From the NCBI GenBank assembly GCA_016839745.1, contig JAEOTS010000188.1, positions 1 to 49,548 on the forward strand: 49,548 nucleotides of DNA, written 5' to 3'. Made by a program: the position numbers and the translations under genes. This document shows positions 38,695 to 46,557 of this stretch, one piece after another; position 1 is the stretch's first letter, and every line of letters begins with the position of its first letter. Below the pieces are notes generated by a model, which worked only from the letters and a program-made list of their open reading frames with translations, was not told the origin of the DNA and ran no database searches. The stretch is from Promethearchaeota archaeon (GTDB lineage: Archaea; Asgardarchaeota; Lokiarchaeia; Sigyniarchaeales; SOKP01).

Positions 38695-40944
38695 ATGATA
38701 AATTGGATTATTGCATTCTTCTATTTTCTAGAAGAACTTGGATTTTTAAAAATTGAAGACATTCTTACAAAGAACCTTCCAATTTTGTTAATTTGCAGAG
38801 GACTCTATTGCCTTACCTATGTTCTGAATTATCGTGAGGGCTTTTCGCGCGAAAATAACGACAGAAAATTATTATTTACTCAAAAAGAGACAGGATTCTT
38901 TATTCTAAAGCAATTAATGATAATACTCTTTGGAACAATCCATATCGTTTTTACTTTGTTTATTAGCTTCTATTCCTTAATGATCAGTGGAAGATACATC
39001 AATAATCTCGCCGAAAAACAAAAAATTAGATTGCTAACAATTTTAGGAAAACTTATAACCTTTTTCGCTCCGATATTAGGTATTTTATGGTACACCTTTA
39101 TAGAGTCAGATTTATATTCACTTGCTGCTATTGGAGTGAGTATATTCGCTTTTCTCCACTATGGATTAAAAATTTCCTCCCTTTCTCTGCCTAAAATCTT
39201 AGAAAAATATAGTAAAAGGCGTATTGAGAAAATTCCTAAAATTGCCCAATATATTCTGCTAGTTTTTTTAATTGCTTTCCCTACAACGGTAATAATAGGT
39301 ACTGGAGTCTATAAATCTCAAGAAAAACAGACGTTCATGGTACCTATGCGAGATAGTATTAGATTAGCTACAGATGTCTATTTTGCACCTGGATCATTTG
39401 GTGCACCCCGTCCTGTTGTATTAATTAGGACTCCTTATGGTAAATCTGGTTGGGCAGATGATTTATACTCTCCTATCTACTTAAATCAAGATTATCATCT
39501 AGTTGTACAAGATTTAAGGGGCACTCACGATTCTGAGGGGGGAGAAAGCTTTCTTCTTTTTGTAAATTCGTATAAAGATGGCGTTGACACTATTGATTGG
39601 ATTTTAGATCAAAGCTGGTCTAATGGGAAAATTGCTAGTGCAGGAGTCTCTGCTTTATGTCTTAACCAATATTACTACGCAGGGATGGGTCCCGATGGAT
39701 TGTTGGCTCAACAATTATGGTTTGGCACACCAGAAATGTTTGACCATGCTATTTTCCAAGGATCTTATCATAAATCTTCTGTTGAAACTTGGGTAAAGAG
39801 TACTAGTCCCAGTAATTGGGAATATCAAATTGATACGCTTTTTAGTCTAACAATTCCAAAGAACGAAATTCTCTACAACTCGACATCGTTATCTAATCCT
39901 ATAGGACCTCACTATTCAAATGTTTCCGTCTACGGAATTCATGTTGGTGGCTGGTACGATCATTTTTTACAAGGTACCATCGATGGGTATATTGGATACG
40001 ATGACTATGGGGCTACCAGGGCACAAGGGCATCAAAAATTGGTGATGGGACCATGGACTCATGGTTCGATTTATGGCGGGCAACAAGGAGAGTTATTCTA
40101 TCCTGATAATTCTAATGGATTCGATTTATTGCTCGATTGGGAAATTGGAATCTTTGACGAAGCTTTATTAGGGATTCCTACCGATTGGACCGGTGCGAGA
40201 GTTGCTTATTATCTAATGGGTGATGTAGATGTTAGTTCGGATGATTGGAATTACTGGCGTTATGCTTATGATTGGCCATTAGATTACGTAAACGATACAT
40301 GGTATCTCACTGCAGATAAAGGATTAAGTAAAACTTCTGCCGGTTTAATGAATGCAAATTTTTCTTATTTATACGATCCCAGATACCCTGTTCCAAACGT
40401 AGGAGGACAAAATCAACCGTTTGATCTGGCAGGGCCTATGGATCAATCATCGATTGAAAACAGATCTGATGTTTTAATATTTGAGACCACTGAATTAACA
40501 GATAACGTGGAAACCGTTGGAAGAATTTGGGGTAATCTAGTTGTAACTTCAAATTGTACTGACACTGATTTTACTATCAAGTTAACCGATGTCTACCCAG
40601 ACGGGAGTTCTATGTTAGTAACAGACGGTTCTTTAACTGTTAGATATAGATATAATTACACTTCGGAAGTGTTTATGTCCGGGGATCAAATTACTACTTA
40701 TGATCTATTAATCGATTGTTGGTCAACTGCTTATACATTTGCTAAAGGGCATAAAATAAGAGTAGCTATTTCAAGCTCTAACTATCCTCGTTTTGCAAAA
40801 AACCCTAACACAGGAGCACCACTAGCCAGAGATTATTTAAATTTTAACATCGCGAATAATACTCTCCTTGTCGGACCACCGTACAATTCAAGCATCATCT
40901 TACCGAGATTAGTAAATATGAGTAGCACTCATACAATTTATTAA
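38695..40944 (+). CDS. Membrane-anchored CocE/NonD (Xaa-Pro dipeptidyl-peptidase-like) hydrolase
   Basis: PMRD.IRLATDVY, RTPYG, QDLRG..DSEG, WSNGK, GVSA, GWYD, GPWTHG, YDP..PVP, SSSNYPRF; N-terminal TM segments. Confidence 0.88.
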   Translation: MINWIIAFFYFLEELGFLKIEDILTKNLPILLICRGLYCLTYVLNYREGFSRENNDRKLLFTQKETGFFILKQLMIILFGTIHIVFTLFISFYSLMISGRYINNLAEKQKIRLLTILGKLITFFAPILGILWYTFIESDLYSLAAIGVSIFAFLHYGLKISSLSLPKILEKYSKRRIEKIPKIAQYILLVFLIAFPTTVIIGTGVYKSQEKQTFMVPMRDSIRLATDVYFAPGSFGAPRPVVLIRTPYGKSGWADDLYSPIYLNQDYHLVVQDLRGTHDSEGGESFLLFVNSYKDGVDTIDWILDQSWSNGKIASAGVSALCLNQYYYAGMGPDGLLAQQLWFGTPEMFDHAIFQGSYHKSSVETWVKSTSPSNWEYQIDTLFSLTIPKNEILYNSTSLSNPIGPHYSNVSVYGIHVGGWYDHFLQGTIDGYIGYDDYGATRAQGHQKLVMGPWTHGSIYGGQQGELFYPDNSNGFDLLLDWEIGIFDEALLGIPTDWTGARVAYYLMGDVDVSSDDWNYWRYAYDWPLDYVNDTWYLTADKGLSKTSAGLMNANFSYLYDPRYPVPNVGGQNQPFDLAGPMDQSSIENRSDVLIFETTELTDNVETVGRIWGNLVVTSNCTDTDFTIKLTDVYPDGSSMLVTDGSLTVRYRYNYTSEVFMSGDQITTYDLLIDCWSTAYTFAKGHKIRVAISSSNYPRFAKNPNTGAPLARDYLNFNIANNTLLVGPPYNSSIILPRLVNMSSTHTIY

Positions 40945-40957
40945 TTCTTTTTTTTTT

Positions 40958-41194
40958 TTATTTTAACATTTTTAGAAATTCTGTTTCATCAATGAAAGTT
41001 ACCCCTAACTTGCGCGCTTTATTATAATTTTTAGTTTCACCTTTAGAATCATTTGTGACTAAATACCACAGATCAGTAGAAATCTCTTCTCTTACAGTAC
41101 CTCCTTTCTCAATTACTTTTCTCTGCGCTTCTTCTTTATCCATTGTTTCTAGATCTGACGAAAAATAAAATTTTATTAACGATAAATCTGCTAT
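40958..41194 (-). CDS. Stand-alone BRCT-domain protein (ligase/RFC type); start probably ATA
   Basis: DLSLIKFYFSSDLETMDKEEAQRKVIEKGG...YLVTND....K.Y.KARKLGV.FIDE.EFL.ML. Confidence 0.8.
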   Translation of the reverse strand: MADLSLIKFYFSSDLETMDKEEAQRKVIEKGGTVREEISTDLWYLVTNDSKGETKNYNKARKLGVTFIDETEFLKMLK

Positions 41195-41325
41195 AGTTTT
41201 TCACCTTCTATATGTGATTGAGATAGACTTAAATTTTTAAGATAAAGTAAAAAGAATAACTTTTAAAACTAAAAGACTAGAGATAATTTTTAATTTTTAA
41301 AATTAGTAATATTAAGTATATTGAT

Positions 41326-41778
41326 TTATTCGGCTAAGTAGCAAACGACAAGACCATCAATATTCTTTGTTGCCCTTATCTTAATTTTTCTTGGTGGTTT
41401 TTGAATTCCGCGAGCCCATATTGCTTCATTAACTTCTTGCGAGATAATTAAAGATTCTGGTTTAAAATGACGCTCCATAAATTCTCTAAGGTACCTAACT
41501 CCCTTTTTAGCCCATTTATTACGTGGACCTCGTCGAGCTTTTGCAAGTGGAATTATATAAATTCGCTCGTCTATGATTTCTTCTTTTGGGGCTTCCTCTT
41601 CTATTTCTTCAAATTCTTCTTCAAAAACTTCACTAACTTCTTCTTCATCAGATATTTCATCTAATCTGAATTCTTCGATTTCTTCGATTTCATCCTCTTC
41701 TTCTTCGAGGTCCTCAGATTCAACTAGTTCCTCTTCTAAATCATCTAAGCTTATTTCTTTTGATTTCTTCTTTGCCAT
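41326..41778 (-). CDS. rpl31e: 50S ribosomal protein eL31 with acidic N-terminal extension
   Basis: ERIYIIPL...LREF..RH, VNEAIWARGIQKPPRKIKIR. Confidence 0.93.
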   Translation of the reverse strand: MAKKKSKEISLDDLEEELVESEDLEEEEDEIEEIEEFRLDEISDEEEVSEVFEEEFEEIEEEAPKEEIIDERIYIIPLAKARRGPRNKWAKKGVRYLREFMERHFKPESLIISQEVNEAIWARGIQKPPRKIKIRATKNIDGLVVCYLAE

Positions 41779-41805
41779 AATACATCAGATATATAATTTT
41801 ATTGT

Positions 41806-41967
41806 TTAATCTCTCTTTAATCTTGTATTTCGCCATTCTCTTCTAGAATAGGGACTGGTCCTCACTCTTCCGCCAGTTCTCCTCACAACCCAATTAGGGA
41901 CTGAACGACTTTGTTTCATCCTTTTAGCCCTCCTTAATTTTGAGGGTAAATCCTTATTACGCGCCAT
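41806..41967 (-). CDS. rpl39e: 50S ribosomal protein eL39 (below ORF-track cutoff)
   Basis: MARNKDLPSKLRRAKRMKQSRSVPNWVVRRTGGRVRTSPYSRREWRNTRLKRD, 53 aa. Confidence 0.93.
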   Translation of the reverse strand: MARNKDLPSKLRRAKRMKQSRSVPNWVVRRTGGRVRTSPYSRREWRNTRLKRD

Positions 41968-41982
41968 TTTCATACACTGAGT

Positions 41983-42321
41983 TTATTTTTTAATATTAAA
42001 TTCTTTTTTGCTTCCTGCAGTTATTTTTTCTAAAATTTTTTTAAATTCTTTATCGGGTAATGGAGTAGCTCCTCGTAATCTTCCTGATTGGAACAATTGT
42101 ATTAATTGTAGTTCGATTTGTTCTGCAAATTGAGGTTTAACTATTCTTATATTTTCTAACCGCTGGCGTCCTTCTTGACTCAATATCTTTCTCATTACTT
42201 GATATTTTTGGTTGTTAAACTCCTTTTGTTGCTGTTCAGCCATTTGTTGTTGGACTGCTTGTTGTTTTAGTTGCTCAAGCTTTTTTCTTCTAATGTTTTC
42301 TAATTCTTCTTCATCGCTCAA
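41983..42321 (-). CDS. PDCD5-like DNA-binding protein
   Basis: ELENIRRKKL, ILSQEGRQRLENIRIVKP.FAEQIE.QLIQL.QSG. Confidence 0.92.
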   Translation of the reverse strand: MSDEEELENIRRKKLEQLKQQAVQQQMAEQQQKEFNNQKYQVMRKILSQEGRQRLENIRIVKPQFAEQIELQLIQLFQSGRLRGATPLPDKEFKKILEKITAGSKKEFNIKK

Positions 42322-42353
42322 AGTTGAAAACCTTAGATAATGTAATTTTTAAT

Positions 42354-42773
42354 TTATTTCCTGGTAATTTTATATGCGGTTCTCTCTAGCAGACTTGTTC
42401 CTTCTGGAGAAACAATTCTACCGTCTCTTTCTTGCTTTACAATTAAATTGGCTTGTTCTAACTGTTGTAACGCTACGCGGATAATTTTTCCGCTTCCTTT
42501 AGCACTATGATGACGACCTGGTCCATTTTTATTTTTACCCCCATAATGCTTTCTGAGTTTAGTGACTCCAATAGGACCGAATTTCTTTATTTTTCTTAAT
42601 AGTGAAGCGCATCTGATATACCAAAAATTTTCATGATCAATTGGAGCTAATTCCTTAAAAAATGCTGTCTTCCAAAATTGGCTCCCTTCAGGTGGCTTGA
42701 TTTCAGGAAATTCTCTTAATTTTTCTGCAACTGTATTAATGAGCTTCTCGGGTTCAACGATAAATATCGACAT
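42354..42773 (-). CDS. rps19e: 30S ribosomal protein eS19
   Basis: KELAP...WYIRCASLLRK, PIGV..LR..YGG, GSGKIIR.ALQQLE; ATG 42773 preferred. Confidence 0.95.
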   Translation of the reverse strand: MSIFIVEPEKLINTVAEKLREFPEIKPPEGSQFWKTAFFKELAPIDHENFWYIRCASLLRKIKKFGPIGVTKLRKHYGGKNKNGPGRHHSAKGSGKIIRVALQQLEQANLIVKQERDGRIVSPEGTSLLERTAYKITRK

Positions 42774-42860
42774 AAACAAAATCAATTTTAATATTATATG
42801 ATACATTTAAAAAGAGTAATTAGATTAAAAATTTTTTGGTAAAAGTAGTATTTTGGGGCA

Positions 42861-43127
42861 ATGAGTAATCAAAACGAGTTTAAAAAAGTACTGTTATCTA
42901 CACCACACGCTACATTAGGAAAAAAGGGACTTACGGATGAATTTTTAACTCATGTACAGCAATTGCTTAAGAGATATAAAACAATTAAAATAAAAGTACT
43001 AAAATCAGTAGCTACAAAATCAAATATCACTAGTTTTGCTGAACAAATATCTCAAGCAACGAATTCCTATGCTTTAGATGTCAGAGGAAGAATGATCATT
43101 ATTTCAGTTTATGAACTAAAAAAATAA
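42861..43127 (+). CDS. YhbY/CRM-domain RNA-binding protein
   Basis: LGKKGLT, L.R...IKIK.LKS, DVRGR. Confidence 0.85.
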   Translation: MSNQNEFKKVLLSTPHATLGKKGLTDEFLTHVQQLLKRYKTIKIKVLKSVATKSNITSFAEQISQATNSYALDVRGRMIIISVYELKK

Positions 43128-43154
43128 AATTAAAACTAATGAGAAATAACCTAT

Positions 43155-43484
43155 ATGGCAAAAAATAAACGGAATAATAAAGCAATCATTAAACGGATAG
43201 CTGATACAAGAATGTACTACTTGTTTCAAAAAGCACACAACATATTCCCTAACAATAAAGAATTAGCTAATAGGTATATTTACCTAGCGAGACGTTATGC
43301 TCAAAGAGCTAAAATCCGAATTCCTAAAAATTGGAAGAAGCGGATTTGTCATAGTTGTAAAGGATTACTTTATCCCGGAATTAATTGTAGAACAAGAATA
43401 CATTCAAAAGGAAAGGGATCTCACGTTTCAACTACTTGCTTGGATTGTAATCATACTACTCGTTATTTTATTAAACTAAAATAA
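43155..43484 (+). CDS. rnp4: RNase P protein component 4 (Rpp21)
   Basis: IA..R...LF..A, LA.RY..LA, KRICHSC...PG...R.R, CLDC..T.R. Confidence 0.93.
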   Translation: MAKNKRNNKAIIKRIADTRMYYLFQKAHNIFPNNKELANRYIYLARRYAQRAKIRIPKNWKKRICHSCKGLLYPGINCRTRIHSKGKGSHVSTTCLDCNHTTRYFIKLK

Positions 43485-43521
43485 TATCTATAAAGAAAAA
43501 AGAAAAAACTTATCATTAAAA

Positions 43522-44196
43522 ATGCCATTAACAGTAATTTTAGCAGAATGTGGGTTAGAATTGATCCCAGAAGAAATTATAAACAATCCCGCTATTCAGA
43601 AAAACATAAAAAAGGAATCCTATCCATCAAAACTCCTTGATAACGCTTTACACCACTCAGCAATGGGAAAACTAAATGATGTAACTAAAAGAGGGCGTCC
43701 AGATATTGCTCACCTTTGCCTTTTAAACGCTTTAGGGTCCCCATTGAGTAAAAGCGGTAATTTAAAACTATTCATTCATACTCTAAATAACAAAATTTAT
43801 GAAATTAACACAGAAATCAAAATCGCGAGAAACTATAATAGATTCAAAGGTTTAATGGCAAAGTTGCTAATTGAAGATAAAATAAAAACATCAGATATAT
43901 TATTAATTTCAAGAATTAAAAAAAATTTAAGTGAGTTATTGAAATCTATCAGGAGTGAAGAGATAATACTTTTTTCTAGTAAAGGAAAACTGGTGAAAAA
44001 TCATTTTGAAGTATTTGATACAAATTTAACTAAAAATTATGTAGTTATAGTTGGTTGTTTTCAGAAAGGTTTTTTTTCAGACGAAATATTAAGTTTAAGC
44101 AAAAAGATTGTGTCAATTTCTTATTATCCTCTTGATGCATGGGTAGCGTTAAGTAAAGTTATCGGGTATTATGAAATTTCTAACGATATTATATAA
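43522..44196 (+). CDS. nep1: 16S rRNA pseudouridine N1-methyltransferase Nep1/Emg1
   Basis: LELIP, LLD..LH, RGRPDI.H..LL, FIHT, RNYNRFKGLM..LL. Confidence 0.93.
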   Translation: MPLTVILAECGLELIPEEIINNPAIQKNIKKESYPSKLLDNALHHSAMGKLNDVTKRGRPDIAHLCLLNALGSPLSKSGNLKLFIHTLNNKIYEINTEIKIARNYNRFKGLMAKLLIEDKIKTSDILLISRIKKNLSELLKSIRSEEIILFSSKGKLVKNHFEVFDTNLTKNYVVIVGCFQKGFFSDEILSLSKKIVSISYYPLDAWVALSKVIGYYEISNDII

Positions 44197-44282
44197 CCAA
44201 ATAGTATGAGAAAGTTTTTTTTAAATCGATAATAATTGCAAATATTAGAAATTTTTTTAAAAATTTCTTCAATTCTTACATT

Positions 44283-44354
44283 GCGCTCTTAGTATAGTGG
44301 TTAGAATCTCGGGTTTCCAACCCGAGGACCCGGGTTCAATTCCCGGAGGGCGCA
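44283..44354 (+). tRNA. tRNA-Gly(TCC)
   Basis: Acceptor GCGCTCT/AGGGCGC, anticodon arm TCGGG-TT TCC AA-CCCGA, T arm CCGGG-TTCAATT-CCCGG, discriminator A, no encoded CCA, no intron. Confidence 0.96.
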
Positions 44355-44396
44355 TTTATTTATTTATTATTATAAGTTCAAAGAAAATTCTTTTAT

Positions 44397-44954
44397 TTAA
44401 TAATAAATGTTATCCGAGATAACTTTTCCCTTATTTGAAAAAATTATTCCTTCCATTTCTAATAAAGCTCGTTTCATTTTAATACCCCCTTGAAATCCCC
44501 CAAGTTCACCATTTGACTTAATTGCTCTATGACATGGAATGACGATAGGAAAAGGATTTCTTGCTAAAGCGTTTCCAACTACTCTCGCACCATTTGGTAC
44601 CCCAATTTTATTAGCGATTCGTTTATATGTGCTAATCCAACCTCTCGGAATACCATGCTCTGCTAAAAGTACCTTTTTCTGAATATTAAAACATTGGTCT
44701 AAATCGATTAATTGTAAATCAAAGTTTATTTTTTCACCTCTTAAAACCTGGGCTATTTTTAATCCAAGCGCTTCGATTATTACGGAAGAGCCTAGTTCAA
44801 TTGTTGTGAATGCATCACGCGCTTTTATTTCAGATTTTTTTTCAGGATCGCTAAGAAATATATGTTGAACTCGTGCTTCAGAGTCGATTTCTTTCCATAC
44901 TATTGTAAACGTATCCAATAGAGAAGTAAATATAGAGAAAAATAGAAAGGTCAT
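44397..44954 (-). CDS. ogt: Methylated-DNA-protein-cysteine methyltransferase
   Basis: IPRG...TY..IA, ARVVGNAL..NP, IPCHRA, GGFQGG...K..LL..EG. Confidence 0.93.
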   Translation of the reverse strand: MTFLFFSIFTSLLDTFTIVWKEIDSEARVQHIFLSDPEKKSEIKARDAFTTIELGSSVIIEALGLKIAQVLRGEKINFDLQLIDLDQCFNIQKKVLLAEHGIPRGWISTYKRIANKIGVPNGARVVGNALARNPFPIVIPCHRAIKSNGELGGFQGGIKMKRALLEMEGIIFSNKGKVISDNIYY

Positions 44955-44967
44955 GCTTGATCATTTC

Positions 44968-45351
44968 CTAAATTTTATCTTCCCAAAGACTAATTAAATT
45001 TCCTTCAGAATCATTTATTTGAGCAAAGTAGGCAAAATCTGCTATGGGAACTTTGGCCAGAATTTGCTTTCCACCATTTTTTACTACTTTATCAATCGTA
45101 TTATCAATTGACTTTACTTTGATGAAAATACTTGTCACTTGCTGCTCATAAGTACCGCGTTGAAGTAATCCTCCGTTTATTCCACCAGGTTCAGTTGGTA
45201 GACCATTTTCATCTGTTGGAACAGTTGTCGCAAAATGATGATTTCCATCCATCCCAGTAGCCATAAAGCTCCAACCAAATGTCTTACTAAAAAATTTTTT
45301 CGCTCGTTCCATGTCATCCACGGGCAGTCCAAACAGATTTACTCCATCCAT
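44968..45351 (-). CDS. VOC/glyoxalase-family protein
   Basis: DDMERAKKFF...FGW, GINGG, V..GG, DSEGN.I.LW. Confidence 0.88.
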   Translation of the reverse strand: MDGVNLFGLPVDDMERAKKFFSKTFGWSFMATGMDGNHHFATTVPTDENGLPTEPGGINGGLLQRGTYEQQVTSIFIKVKSIDNTIDKVVKNGGKQILAKVPIADFAYFAQINDSEGNLISLWEDKI

Positions 45352-45466
45352 AATTACATCTATTCGAATAGAAATTAAAAATATATAGTTTATTTTTTAT
45401 AAAAACTCTAAAAGAAAATTTGGAGTTTATGATAAAGTTATATAAAAAAGCTATTTTATTATTTTT

Positions 45467-46540
45467 ATGCCGATACTGAACAAACTATTATTAAGGCCTG
45501 ATGTAAAAAAACTCCAACAAAGGAGTCAAAAAATCGTTACGAAAGGAGCACTTGAGATTGCGGAAAAGGAAGGAATCGACATGATAAAAATGCTCTCTAT
45601 AATTGCGGACGGAAATAAACGATTCTACGAGATACTCGAATCTGGGGAAGGTAAAACAGAGGATCTTTACAATCTTATAAATAGAGACCAAATGAAGCAA
45701 TTAGCAAAGATTTTTCGTGGTGCAATGGAATATAAAGGAAAAATTCTTCAAGAACAGCATCCGTTGTCTCCAGATGTAAAAATTGAATCTATTAATACTG
45801 GGGGAGTGGCTGCAGAGTGGCAAATCTCTGATGGTGTTGATGAAAATAAAGTCTTATTGTATTTTCACGGAGGAGGACATGTGTTAGGATCTCCAATGTC
45901 CAGCCGAGCTTATACAGTTGAAATTGGAAAAGCCGCGAATGTAAAAGTATTGAGCGTGGATTACGCTCTTGCTCCCGAACATCCATTCCCTGAGGGCCCA
46001 AACGATTGCTTTACATCTTATAAATGGCTTCTCTCAAATGGATATAAACCTGAAAATATTATTATCGGTGGAGCTTCTGCGGGCGGAAACATGGCTCTCG
46101 CAACTCTTATTATAATTAAAGAGGAAGGTATTACCATGCCCAGAGGTGCTATAGTTCTCTCTCCCGGTATTGATTATACGACAAACAGTAAAACAATTCT
46201 AGAGAATGCTCCTACAGATTGTGTTATGGCAGATGTGGGCGTTTTTTGGTGGATTCCTGCATATCTAAACGGAGCAGATCCTAATAATCCTCTCGTATGC
46301 CCAATCTTTGCTGACTTTACAGGTTTCCCTCCAATTTTAGCGCAAGTAAGCACAAGTGAGATGGTCTACGATCATTCTACTCGATTAGTGGAACTCGCGA
46401 AAGCTGTCGGTGTTAAGGTCATCCTACAAGAATGGAATGATATGCCCCATGTCTGGCAAAATTACGGTCTTTATGACCTTCCTGAAGCAAAAGAAGCGAT
46501 AAATAAAATTGGTCAATTTATAAAAGATTTGTTTGACTAA
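45467..46540 (+). CDS. HSL-family alpha/beta esterase
   Basis: YFHGGG, VDY.LAPEHPFP, GASAGG, E...D, MPHVW. Confidence 0.92.
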   Translation: MPILNKLLLRPDVKKLQQRSQKIVTKGALEIAEKEGIDMIKMLSIIADGNKRFYEILESGEGKTEDLYNLINRDQMKQLAKIFRGAMEYKGKILQEQHPLSPDVKIESINTGGVAAEWQISDGVDENKVLLYFHGGGHVLGSPMSSRAYTVEIGKAANVKVLSVDYALAPEHPFPEGPNDCFTSYKWLLSNGYKPENIIIGGASAGGNMALATLIIIKEEGITMPRGAIVLSPGIDYTTNSKTILENAPTDCVMADVGVFWWIPAYLNGADPNNPLVCPIFADFTGFPPILAQVSTSEMVYDHSTRLVELAKAVGVKVILQEWNDMPHVWQNYGLYDLPEAKEAINKIGQFIKDLFD

Positions 46541-46557
46541 TCAATTAATTTTTATTC

